From Amoebidium appalachense (lineage: Eukaryota > Protista > Ichthyosporea), in assembly GCA_963693365.1 (NCBI GenBank), contig CAVNZM010000012.1:9180001-9244000 (forward strand): a DNA stretch of 64,000 nucleotides, read 5' to 3'. Of this stretch, positions 26,054 to 48,948 are shown piece by piece; position 1 is the first letter of the stretch; each line of letters starts with the position of its first letter. Below the pieces are notes generated by a model. That model worked only from the letters and a program-made list of their open reading frames with translations, searched no databases and was not told the DNA's origin. The translations under genes and the position numbers were made by a program.

Positions 26054-29000
26054 GGTTTTATTTGTGGAATTTATTGACATAAATATTTTTTCTGGGTAAA
26101 CACGTAGGATGGGTGTTCGATATCAACATAACCATGTAGGCTTCATTTCGTGTTTTAGCAGTTCGCGGTTGGCTGCCCGCACACGGGCACCTATTAGCCA
26201 ATCAAAACATCAGATTCCACATATCACTAGACCGAGTTTCGATTGGCTCGGATCAGATTTCACATATCACTAGATCGATTTTTGATTGGCTCAAATCGGT
26301 AGGCTTAGGTATATAAGCACGACAGTTTTTAGCAGATCAGCAAGCTACAAACACATCTTCTGTGTTTAGCACTCACAGCCTTACAGCTATATACTCCTTT
26401 TTCACCCACCCACCTACACCCACACTCAACTGTTGGAGTGCAGACTTACGCTCACTCCACAATATGTGTATGTTAGCTTTACAATTGGTTCCGTGTACAC
26501 AGACACACGCTGACACTCGATCACCACATGCACATCTGCATAGTTGAGGAATGTTGCCAATTGTGTTTTGACTGCAAACGATTGGTTCACTGGTCCCAGA
26601 GATCTCTAAATGAAAGTAACCAATCCGATTAGCACCTGGCATCCGGATTACATTCCAGACTGCTGCCCCACGGGTATATAAGCCACGTCTCTGCCAGGTG
26701 CAGACATGGAGTTCAGACATGGAGTTCAGTCATGGAGTTCAGTCATGGAGTTCAGTCATGGAGTTCAGTCATGGAGTTCAGTCATGGAGTTCAGACATGG
26801 AGTTCAGACATGGAGTTCAGTCATGGAGTAAAGACATGGAGTTCAGTCATGGAGTTAACACACTGAAAGCAGTAAAAAAAACGGGTCAGCGCCCAAGCGC
26901 GCCACGACGAGGGCCTAGTCACAGCGGACTCTACTTCCAACAGGGTTATGGGCCCAGACACGACACCGCGGCCTCTAACTTCACGTCCCCTACGACGCCT
27001 TGAACGGAGGAGCCAGAAACCGACTTCTAGGCTGTACCCTACACCCGCGAGCGTATTTCCGTGAAGTAGAGACTTTCGCTTCCACAAACTCCATCCGCAG
27101 CAGCCTGCGACATCAACGTCAAGTATTCCACTTCATTGGCGGGGCACGCACCACAGTGGAATGCACACCCCGGTCTACCCTGCAAGCAGCCACACTCACT
27201 CTCTCTTCTCTACAGTGGTGTGTACACTTCTCCAATTGGGTAGGGGTGTTGGAGTGCAGACTTACGCTCACTCCACAATATGTGTATGTTAGCTTTACAA
27301 TTGGTTCCGTGTACACAGACACACGCTGACACTCGATCACCACATGCACATCTGCATAGTTGAGGAATGTTGCCAATTGTGTTTTGACTGCAAACGATTG
27401 GTTCACTGGTCCCAGAGATCTCTAAATGAAAGTAACCAATCCGATTAGCGCCTGGCATCCGGATTACATTCCAGACTGCTGCCCCACGGGTATATAAACC
27501 ACGGCTCTGCCAGGTGCAGAAATGGAGTTCAGACATGGAGTTCAGACATGGAGTTAAGTCATGGAGTTAAGTCATGGAGTTCAGTCATGGAGTTAACACA
27601 CTGAAAGCAGTAAAAAAAACGGGTCAGCGCCCAAGCGCGCCACGACGACCCTAGTCACAGCGGACTCTACTTCCAACAGGGTTATGGGCCCAGACACGAC
27701 ACCGCGGCCTCTAACTTCACGTCCCCTACGACGCCTTGAACGGAGGAGCCAGAAACCGACTTCTAGGCTGTACCCTACACCCGCGAGCGTATTTCCGTGA
27801 AGTAGAGACTTTCGCTTCCACAAACTCCATCCGCAGCAGCCTGCGACATCAATGTGAACGTCAAGTATTCCACTTCATTGGCGGGGCACGCACCACAGTG
27901 GAATGCACACCCCGGTCTACCCTGCAAGCAGCCACACTCACTCTCTCTTCTCTAGTGGTGTGTACACTTCTCCAATTGGGTAGGGGTGTTGGAGTGCAGA
28001 CTTACGCTCACTCCACAATATGTGTATGTTAGCTTTACAATTGGTTCCGTGTACACAGACACACGCTGACACTCGATCACCACATGCACATCTGCATAGT
28101 TGAGGAATGTTGCCAATTGTGTTTTGACTGCAAACGATTGGTTCACTGGTCCCAGAGATCTCTAAATGAAAGTAACCAATCCGATTAGCACCTGGCATCC
28201 GGATTACATTCCAGACTGCTGCCCCACGGGTATATAAGCCACGTCTCTGCCAGGTGCAGAAATGGAGTTCAGTCATGGAGTTCAGTCATGGAGTTCAGTC
28301 ATGGAGTTCAGTCATGGAGTTCAGTCATGGAGTTAACACACTGAAAGCAGTAAAAAAACGGGTCAGCGCCCAAGCGCGCCACGACGACCCTAGTCACAGC
28401 GGACTCTACTTCCAACAGGGTTATGGGCCCAGACACGACACCGCGGCCTCTAACTTCACGTCCCCTACGACGCCTTGAACGGAGGAGCCCAGAAACCGAC
28501 TTCTAGGCTGTACCCTACACCCGCGAGCGTATTTCCGTGAAGTAGAGACTTTCGCTTCCACAAACTCCATCCGCAGCAGCCTGCGACATCAACGTCAAGT
28601 ATTCCACTTCATTGGCGGGGCACGCACCACAGTGGAATGCACACCCCGGTCTACCCTGCAAGCAGCCACACTCACTCTCTCTTCTCTACAGTGGTGTGTA
28701 CACTTCTCCAATTGGGTAGGGGTGTTGGAGTGCAGACTTACGCTCACTCCACAATATGTGTATGTTAGCTTTACAATTGGTTCCGTGTACACAGACACAC
28801 GCTGACACTCGATCACCACATGCACATCTGCATAGTTGAGGAATGTTGCCAATTGTGTTTTGACTGCAAACGATTGGTTCACTGGTCCCAGAGATCTCTA
28901 AATGAAAGTAACCAATCCGATTAGCACCTGGCATCCGGATTACATTCCAGACTGCTGCCCCACGGGTATATAAGCCACGTCTCTGCCAGGTGCAGACATG

Positions 29001-29728
29001 GAGTTCAGACATGGAGTTCAGTCATGGAGTTCAGTCATGGAGTTCAGTCATGGAGTTCAGTCATGGAGTTCAGTCATGGAGTTAACACACTGAAAGCAGT
29101 AAAAAACGGGTCAGCGCCCAAGCGCGCCACGACGACCCTAGTCACAGCGGACTCTACTTCCAACATGACTTAACTCCATGTCTGCACCTGGCAGAGACGT
29201 GGCTTATATACCCGTGGGGCAGCAGTCTGGAATGTAATCCGGATGCCAGGTGCTAATCGGATTGGTTACTTTCATTTAGAGATCTCTGGGACCAGTGAAC
29301 CAATCGTTTGCAGTCAAAACACAATTGGCAACATTCCTCAACTATGCAGATGTGCATGTGGTGATCGAGTGTCAGCGTGTGTCTGTGTACACGGAACCAA
29401 TTGTAAAGCTGAAGTTAGAGGCCGCGGTGTCGTGTCTGGGCCCATAACCCTGTTGGAAGTAGAGGTGTTTAGCACTCACAGCCTTACAGCTATATACTCC
29501 CTTTTCACCCACCCACCTACACCCACACTCAACCCCCATTGATCCACACATACGTGCTATTTTTTCACGGGGCGAAGACTTCCCCCGTTTTTTTGGGCAC
29601 AAGGACCTCACGGATCAATAAATTGATGACTGGGGGCTCGCCGTGGTTTACAACCATTGCAGGTTCACTTTCGTCCAAGGGGATGTCCCCCTAGAGGCAA
29701 CACACGTCCCGGAGTAGTTTTTCATAGA
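26054..29728 (+). mobile_element. Ngaro-type solo terminal unit (A-spacer-B) with no ORFs, host of the TRIM array
   Basis: Starts GGTTTTATTTGTGGAA and ends TTCATAGA, matching 59991-60557. The flanks rejoin to the copia 3' UTR sequence seen on the opposite strand at about 42381-42402. Confidence 0.88.
26431..29165 (+). mobile_element. Tandem-array TRIM: four LTRs and three non-coding internal regions
   Basis: LTRs TGTTGGA...TTCCAACA at 26431-26942, 27247-27678, 27987-28417 and 28723-29165. Each internal region of about 305 bp starts with PBS GGGTTATGGGCCCAG and ends with PPT GGGTAGGGG. Confidence 0.92.
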
Positions 29729-29912
29729 AGAAAACCAATATATATGATGGTATATAAATAAACGACGGATGGTGGAGAAGAAGTCCCCACTGAAGATGCA
29801 CACACTGAAGATCGATGAAGACAGCAGTAGACTTTCGTTGGGAGGTGTCTCTACACGGTGATGTGTAGACCACTGGCCAGGGCCCCAACCTACTTGAAGA
29901 CCACTGTAGATG

Positions 29913-29962
<50 letters not shown>

Positions 29963-29963
29963 C

Positions 29964-30934
29964 TCAGTCACGAAGACTGAGTGAAGCACGGTGCTGCTCG
30001 TGGGAGGGCCCGGGCAGGGGCTTGGTGAAGATGTCGGCCACGTTGTCTTTGGTGGACACGTAGGTGACGACCACATCCCCACTCTTGATGTAGTCCTTCG
30101 TGTTGTGGTACCGGACGGCAATGTGTTTGGTCCGGTGCTTGATGCTGTTGGTGTGCAGGAGGGCAATGGTGGACTGGTTGTCACAGTAGACGGGGGTGGG
30201 GTCGGTCATTGGGTAATCGAGTTCACGGAGGAGATCACGGTGCCAGATGACGTTTTGAACAGCAGCATTGATGGCCAGAAGCTCAGCCTCGGTGGTGGAT
30301 GTTGCCGTGATGGACTGCAGCTTCGAATACCATGTGATTGGGATGCCTTTGAAGAAGATGACGTATCCGGTGGTTGAACGACGGGTGTTGGGGCAGTTGG
30401 CAAAGTCGGCATCAGAATAACATTCCAGCAAGGGGGTGTTGTCGTCGGATGCAGACTTGTCGTAGTGAAGACCGAGGTTGGAAGTGCCGATGAGGTACCG
30501 AACTACACGGAGTAGACATTCCCATGCAAGTTTGGTGGGGTTGGCACTGAATCTACCGAGGTAGCCGATGGCAAAGGAGATGTCGGGCCGGGAACAACGA
30601 GCAACCCACAATAGACGGCCGAGTAGTTCACGGTAGGGAACCTTGATGGGTGGTGAGTCGTTCTCGTTGATGGTGATGACGGTGCCAACGGGAATGGGAG
30701 TAGCCTTGGGGTGGGCATCGTCGAGGTTGAAGTCTCTGACGATGTCGTTGATGTAGGACTGTTGAAGCAGCTTGAGGTGACCGGGGGTGTGGATGAGCTG
30801 TGTGCCGAGGAAGATGTCGGGGAGGTCGACCTTGCAGAGAGCTGACTTCATGATGTGGTCTACTAGATCCTTGGTGTGGGAAGAGTTGGCCGTGCAGATG
30901 ATGATGATGTCGTCCACATAGTTGCCAGTGAGGA
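29964..30934 (-). pseudogene. Copia-A reverse transcriptase C-half and RNase H
   Basis: Motifs GNYVDD, RPDISFA, YSDADFA, STTEAE, YCDNQS, HRTKHI and ADIFTKPL. Confidence 0.92.
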
Positions 30935-31196
30935 TGTAACATGCCATTCGTGATTCTGGTGCGGTCCGAGCCAGTCAGACCTTCGTCCTATTTAAGCTGT
31001 AAAAACATCTTTTTGGTTCACTTCGTTGATGTGGTATGCAGCGGTAGAACCATATATGGTTCAATTCTTAGGTCAGAGTGAGTCCTATTGGTGCGGACAT
31101 AATATTTATGTGATATTCATGACAAAGCACGAATCGTGTGCTAGTAGATCACATTCTTTAGTAAACATGTACAGTTCATGTGTACAGTTGTTTACA
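30935..31196. mobile_element. Putative 262-bp solo LTR of another family at the copia-A internal deletion junction
   Basis: Bounded by TGTAAC...GTTTACA and AT-rich, unlike the copia coding flanks. The flanks do not form a TSD. Confidence 0.5.
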
Positions 31197-34100
31197 GGTT
31201 GTCCCTGTTACCACGGGGGTAAGGGGAACTTGAACGGGGGCCGGGTGACTTGGAAGACTGACGATGATCACGGGGACGGGACGGGGAGCGGTGAGGTGTA
31301 CTCTCACGGCGAGGGATACGGTTACGGAGGTCACCGGGCGGGAGCATTCTGCTCTGAAGTGCTCGAAGAGGACGGTTGTTGACGGTTGCACCAGTGCCTG
31401 CGTCGATGAGGCCGGCACATTGCGGAAGGTTGATGTACGACGGTTTGTCAGTCATGGTTGAGGCAGTATGTACGGAGGACTTTCGCGGTTGTAACGAGAT
31501 TGTGTGTTAGCGTGCAAAGGGGCCGTAAACCTGTTATTTTGTGTGGGTAAACGGAGAAGCAGAGAGCACAGATGGGTGTTATGTTATACACAACACAGAG
31601 ACACACGGGAGAAACACAACCGGAGAGGTGGAACGGTTTCTGGGACCATAGGAAATGATTTCAACTGCTTCATTTTTATTTCAAGATGAAGTTCCTTTTA
31701 TACCCGGGAATGTGAAATCGATAAGCCAATCAAAAGAACGAAAACTCTTTTATCCAATCAGAAAGACGAAAACTATGAGGGTAAAATAAATCGATCGAAA
31801 TGCCTGTCGACACATAGAAGATAAAACACAATCTTCTAATGAAAGTAATCTTCTAATGAAAGTACGGAAACGTTTAACAAAATGAAACCACTTTTGTATC
31901 TATTAGTTCACATCATATATTTATACATGTTCTTGACATAACACGTCTAAATATAAGTATTCCTAATAGCTGGGGAACATAGAGCAATTCTACGTCGTGG
32001 GAAAAGAAGGAAAAGGAATGAGGATAGAAAGGAATGGAATGGGAAAGGAATGTAGGTTACTATATTTGGGAAAATACAACGAGATCTGATTGGACAACTT
32101 ATTTAGACATTGACGCAAACAACAATACGTGTGCGCGGGCTAAATAGCTCGATGTGTACACAGATCTAAGATATCTGTGCACACGGAAACGGAAAGGAAA
32201 GAAAGAAAGGAAGAGAGGAAAAAGGGAAAAGGAAACGACCAACAACAAACTAATAAACATGTGTAAAACTCAACTTCTAAGTCTTGCCGTTAATCATGGG
32301 TAGATGACACAAACCCCCAACCGCCCTGGCCCGCAACCCGGCCTGGCAAAACCGGTCCGACCCGTGGATCTACCCGCGACACACTGCAGGAATTTCCACA
32401 TTAACGGTCGGTCCTGCGCTAAGCAGCCCTGCCCCTTCTCCCACGTGTGCCCGCTCTGCTCTGGCACACACCCCCGCAAAGACTGCAAGCACAATGCCTA
32501 GTCTACGCGCACACCCACACACACAGATAGAACATAGGGGCTAGGAGCTAGGACACACGGGTACAAGGAAACGGAGCTCGGGAGAACGGGCCAATAGGGC
32601 TGAGTACAAATTTTCGCAGGCCAACTACGGCGCCCGCCCGCGCCAAGAAAAAATGTCCCTACACAAAGACGTTATTCTGGCCACTGCACATAATTTTACT
32701 CCCCCCCCATCCCATGAGCCTCCCCCCCCCCTTACACTCACCTAGCACTCCCTCCCCCCCTTCTTCTACCTCTGTGTCCGCCCACACCCCCGCGTGCCCG
32801 GGCATCCCCTGCACAGGGCCCCGCTGCCCTCCCTGCAAACCCTCCCTCGGGCTCAGCTGCCCTACTCTGACCGCCCCTGGGCCCTGCTGCCCTCCCCCCC
32901 CCCCTCCCCCCCCCTCCCCCCCCTCCCCCCCCCCTCCCCCCCCCCCCCCCCACCCCACCCCCCGCTGCCGGGATCTCCCCGAGGGTGCCCCACCCTTGCT
33001 AACCACACCTTCCCCCGAGGCTCAGACCCGGAGGCCCGCCCGCTTGTTAAATTGTATAAGTATTTGGGATGTAAGCAGAGACACAGTGGTGCAGTGTGAA
33101 AACACCACAGACACACACAACAACAAAACACGGAACGATCGGAGCAGTGTACACAACAGACATCAATGTTTAGACACGACTGAACTGAATTTATTCTGAT
33201 CTTCGAATAAATACCTGAAATTCTTCTAAGTCCAATCCATACATGATTTCCGACCAGTCGGAAATCAGATCTATCTCTAATAGAAACCAATCACTAAGAA
33301 CCAATTGCTTTCAGAGAGATCCGGTACGCGGAGACGTACACGATAGGACACAGACACTAGTTAAGGTCAACTCGTGTCATCATCAAGGAAGTTCTAACCT
33401 ATGACATACTGCAAAGACTCAGACATATCACACTTAACCTTGATGATTGGTTAAAGCCCGGCAACACATGAAAACTAAAGTAAATTAATGAAGTCTAAAC
33501 ACACATGCTATTCTAAGTGTAGCCTAAGTGTGTTACCGTCCAATGAACACGTATTAAGTAACACAAATCTACCTAACATATATTAGTAGAAAAGAAATAC
33601 GATTATACACATGAAGACAAGGAGAGAAAGAAAAGAAAATAAGGAAGGAGAAAGAGGAAGGAAAAGAGAGCACAGATCAACAAACAAGATAGTAATAGCA
33701 TAACTATAGCCAGAGATATTTATGTACACACGAACATGTACACGTCTCTCCCTGAGTGGGTGGATCCGTGTACACACATATAAATATTCTAATCGATATT
33801 ACAACACACGATTAAAGCCGATACAACACGATTACAAGTATACAAGCATATCGGAGATCGATGCTACACTTTACATAATAGGAGTGTGGCATATACACTA
33901 AGCATATGAACTGAAACATAACACAAACTGAGAAGATCTTACCATATGTAAATACTACGTATTACAACATCCCCACTTAAGACTTTGAAGTTTGTGTTAT
34001 CATATCCCCACTGAACTAGTGAAATCTCCCCACTTGAGAACAGAAACGAAAAAAAACAAGAAAAAAAATAAAGTGTGTACTTTTCCGGGGGGGGGGGGGG

Positions 34101-36658
34101 GGGGGGGGAAGGGGGGGGGGGGGGGGAAGGGGGGGGGGGGGGGGGGAGAAGGGGGGAGGGGGGGGGGGGGGGGGGAAAGGGGGGGGGGAAGGGACCGGGG
34201 CAAAAACAACGAATATATATAACGTATATAGTCGGGGTTTGATTAACTGGGTTTTAAACAAGTGAAAGATAGAGTAGAGTCGCGGTACAGGTCAAACCTT
34301 ATATAAAAACCCTAAGTGGGCATACCCACAAAGGCAATATACATATGAAATAATGATTATGATAAAGTAAGAAGTAAACATTAGAAAATCACTCTTGAAG
34401 TAGGACGGGTCAATCCACAATATCCGGCAAACAAAGTCGGGCACGATGGGTGACATGACTCGGGCCGGGGAGGGGTTTGGTGAGGATGTCAGCTAAGTTG
34501 TGGGCTGACTCAACGTAGTGGACAACCACATCCCCACTTGCAATGTAGTCCTTGGTGTTGTGATACCGGACGGCAATGTGTTTGGTACGGTGCTTGATGC
34601 CGGTGGAGTTGACAATGGCAATGGTCGACTGGTTGTCACAGTACACCGGGGTCGGAGCAAGCATGGGGCAGCCGAGTTCCTTGAAGAGGTCACGGACCCA
34701 AGCAACTTCTTGGGTACCAGCATTGAGAGCAATCAGCTCAGCTTCAGTGGTGCTGGTGGCCGTGATGGGCTGGAGCTTGGAGTACCAGATGATGGGCATA
34801 CCAGCAAACTCGATGATGTAGCCGGTGGTAGACTTCTTGCTGTCGGCACAACCAGCAAAGTCAGCATCCGTGTAGCATTCGAGTATGGGGGGCTGGGTGG
34901 CCGAGTACTTGTAGTCAATGCCAAGGTCATGGGTGCCGAGCAGGTACCGGGCCACACGACGGAGAAGGTCCCAGTGAGTCTTGCCGGGGTTGGTGCTGAA
35001 CCGACCAAGGAAGCCGATGGCATAGGCAATGTCGGGACGTGTGCACCGGGCCACCCAGAGGAGACGGCCGAGTAACTCACGGTAGGGCACGGTTGGGGGG
35101 GGCAGTCAGCCAGGGAGACGGTGGTGCCTGCAGGGATGGGGGTAGACTTGGACTTGGCATCGGTGAGGTTGAAGTCGTGGATGATATCCATGATGTAAGA
35201 CCTCTGGTGCATGTGGAGGTGATGGGGATCAGAGTGATTAAAATCAACACCGAGCATACGGTCAAATGGACTCATACGACAGCTGGCCATCTTGCTGATG
35301 TGGGCAGCCAGGTCACTAGCAGCAGTAGAACCCCGGGTGTTGGTGATGGTGGAGTCGTCGACGTAGTTACCAGCCCGAACCACATCGTTGTTGGGGAAGA
35401 ACCGGAGGTAGATGCACGGGTCTGTCTTAGTACGGGTCAGGCCATGGGCAAGAAGAATGCCGTCGAGGAAGTCGTACCAAGCCTTGGAGGCTTGCTTGAG
35501 GCCGTACAGGGCTTTCTTGAGTCTCCAGACCTTGCCAAGTGTGGCCATGGTGATGAATCCCGGGGGTTGTTTCATGTAGATGGTCTCGGTGAGTGGGCTG
35601 TTGAGAAAGGCCGTAGACACGTCGAGTTGATGGATGTCATGACCTTCAACAACGGCCAGAGCTAGGATAGCACGGAGAGCAGCCGGACGGATGACAGGGC
35701 TCTCAATCAACTCATAGTCAACACCGTATTGCTGACTGAAGCCTTGAGCAACACCACGGGCCTTGATCTTGGTGTCACCAGCCGAGTTGAGAGTTTTCTC
35801 GGAGACAATCCACTTGAAGCCGACGATGTTAGCACCAGGGGGAGGGTCAACAAGTTCAAAGATGTCTTTGTCGACGAAGGCTTGATACTCAGCAGTGAGG
35901 GCTGACTTGACCTGGTCACCATTGGGTCCGGAACACAGTTGACGGACAAGTTTGGGTAGTTGGTCGATGTTGATGGGGGGACCGGGGGGGACTGGCAGGG
36001 TGGTGGTGGCTTGAAGTCCAACCTTGCCCTGTAGACGGGCAGAACGACGGGGTACAGGAACCGGGGGAGGTGGAGACGGGGGGGGGGGAACTTGGAAGTT
36101 CGGAATTGCAGGGGGGGCAACCTCCGGGCTGGACGGGGCCGAGTGGAAGTTGTCGGGGGAGCCGGGTCGGATGGGTGTGACGTTGCCAGGGGCAGGATGA
36201 GGGTCGGCAGGCTGGACGGGCACGGGGGCAGGGGGGCCTGTGGGGGGGGGGTGTCGGGGGAACGACGATGGCAGGAGGGGGGCCAGAGTACACCAGACAA
36301 ACATCATCTTCAGTGTCAACTGTGGGGGGTGGGGTGGTCGAGGTAGCAGTGGTGTCGGGGGTCGGAAGTGTTGATGGAATGTCGGACGGGAGATAAGCTG
36401 ATTCGTCAAAAATCACATCACGGAAGAGGCCGACACGATGGGTGGTGGGGTTGAAGATCCGGTGGCAGTGTGATTGAAGATCATAGCCGATATACATGCC
36501 GAGTTTGACGGTGGGGGCCAGCTTGTTCCGTTTAGAGGCTGGCACATGAGTGTAGGCAGGGCAACCGAACACTTTGAGCTCGGAGATGTCGGGCTTGACA
36601 CCGTAGAAAACCTCGAATGGTGTACGACCATTGGTAGTCGTGGACGGGGTGACGTTGA

Positions 36659-43777
<7,119 letters not shown>

Positions 43778-46233
43778 GTTGATGGTGTAGGCGGCATGTT
43801 GAAGGGCCTCAGCCACAGTTTGGGGGACAGAGACTGATCTTGGACTTGATGGAGGAGGCAACGAACAATCTCTTGGAGGAACCGCATACGACGTTCAACA
43901 TAGCCGTTCAGTTGAGGGCAGTCCACCGGAGCATAGCTGGTCTTGATGCCCTGGGAGAGGCAAAAAGCACGGGTAGCCTTGGAGGTGAACTCAGAGCCGG
44001 AGTCGAAGTGGTAGACACCAACTTTGGAGGGGGCATGGGTAGCAACGAGGTTGGTGTGAGCTGTGAGAATGTCCAGGGTGGTTGTACGGTCGGCCATCGG
44101 GTAGATCTTGACGAGTCCAGAGGCACGGCAGACAGTGACGAGAGCAACCTTGGAACCTCCGTACGATGTTGTGGTAGGCTCAAAAAAATCCCAATGCCAT
44201 TCATGACCGGGGATGTTGGAGTGAGGACGGTCACCCTTGAACGGAGCCTTGGTGGTTTTACCCATAATGCAGCCATGACAATCAGGAACATCACAGTCGA
44301 GGACAGACGAGGGGAGACCAATAACAAGGTCGTGCTTCACCATGTCCTTGATGCTGGTCATAGCACGGTGCCCCAGACGATGGTGCCAGATGGAAGGGTT
44401 AACACTGGTAGTGGCAGCCAGAGCCACAGGACGAGTGGGTGGTTGAATGGTGTAGTCCTTGAAGTAATACAGACCGTTGTGTAGACGGAGGTTGACGAGA
44501 TGACGGCCGGTGAGTCGGTCGAAGAGGAATGACGGAGTGGAGGCATCATTCAAATCACCCTTGATGTATTCGGCAGCAGCTTGGGATGTTGAAATGAGGA
44601 AGGCTTGGCCAGACGGGGTGTAGTAGGCTTCAATGGTAAGGGTGGCAGTGCCATGGTCGGTGGTGGTGTTGATGACGATATGGCCGGTGTGGGTGGCCAA
44701 GACGGGGGTGCCATTGAAGGCAGCAACGGGAGTCGGTGTCGGAAGGGGGGTGAGGTCATGGAAGAACTCACGGGTGGGGCAGACAGTCATGTTACACCCG
44801 GAATCCCAGGCAGGGTCGGAGGACACGGGGACGGAGCTAGCATTGTATGCCGAGAAAGCAAAGGAGACAGATTTCTCACTGCCTTGACGGGAACGGTTGT
44901 GTCTGGACATACGGCATTTCGGCTCGGGGCAATCGATGATCGTGTGATCAGGCTCGTGGCAGTAGGAGCATGCTTTCACGGACGGGTTGTTAGAACGAGC
45001 CGGGGAATCAGAACGACGGGAACCCGAGAAACGGGAACGACTGGGGGAACGAGACGTGGACCGGAAGGCAGGCCGGTGGGGGGGAACGGGATCGGGTGTG
45101 CTGACAGGAGAGACGAGTTCGGAGGTCCGTGCTAGGGGTACGGTCAAGTCGGTTGCGTAAGTCACGGCGAGGAAGATCACGGGGGGGAGCACTAGCATTT
45201 AATGCCATGCTGGACTTGGAGGCACGGTGGGCACGGTTGCTCCGGAGTTGCATCTTGAGGTCTTGGCGTAGCTCGATGCCCTTGACGTAGTTGTGGAGGG
45301 ACTCGAAGTCGGGGAATAGATTATCACCGAAGTGATAGTCTTCGATAAGACGGTTGAACTCAGGGGTGAGGTCGTCTCTGGTGGTGAGTTCATTGAAGAA
45401 CTTCTCAGCTAGACGAGTGAAGTGAATGGACTCGTCTTGGAGGGACTGGAGCTGGTTCACGATGGTCTGCAGACGACTCAGGTAGGTGGTGAATGATTCA
45501 CCGGGCTGAAGGGCACAGGCATCCCACTGACGGTGAAGGATGCGGATCTGATAGGGTTTGCCTTGGAGGTAGTGTTGACGGAATTTCCACATGGCCCGTT
45601 CAGGGTCCATGCCAATACGGTACTGGGCAACGGTGGTGAGGACGGAAGGGTCGATGTTCTGAATCATATGGAGCAGGAGGCAATTGCGGGCCTCCTTGAG
45701 TTCCGCGGTAGTGCCGTAGCCGTAGAAGGGGGATTCACCGTCAACCGCGACGGTGGTAGGGGGGACGTAGTTGTCAGCAAGTACAACATCCACGAGTCGG
45801 ACACCTTTAGTGCCGGTCATCATGCCGAGAAAAATGATTTCCCATTGAAAATAGGTGGTTTTGCTATCGGGACCAGTCTTCCCTTCACCTTTCCACATGG
45901 TTATTTTGTTTACACCAGTTTTGTTTGGATCCATGATTGAAAAACGATCGCTAGTTTTAGAGGTGTGTAGGGAGCGTGCAAAAGGGCTGCATAACCTGTT
46001 AAATTGTATAAGTATTTGGGATGTAAGCAGAGACACAGTGGTGCAGTGTGAAAACACCACAGACACACACAACAACAAAACACGGAACGATCGGAGCAGT
46101 GTACACAACAGACATCAATGTTTAGACACGACTGAACTGAATTTATTCTGATCTTCGAATAAATACCTGAAATTCTTCTAAGTCCAATCCATACATGATT
46201 TCCGACCAGTCGGAAATCAGATCTATCTCTAAT

Positions 46234-48948
<2,715 letters not shown>

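Larger units (their letters stand above)
23941..32309 (-). mobile_element. Ty1/copia family A, internally deleted and carrying several insertions
   Basis: 5' LTR at 31532-32309 (TGTCATC...AATAACA on minus), then PBS GGTTTACGGCCCC. Gag remnant from ATG 31455; RT C-half and RNase H at 29964-30934; PPT TTGAGTGGGGA abutting the truncated 3' LTR at 23941-24191. Confidence 0.9.

Noticed and set aside
26705-29085. CRISPR-like appearance of the 13-bp repeats and the roughly 740-bp units
   Set aside because: No unique spacers and no cas genes; fully explained as TRIM LTRs.
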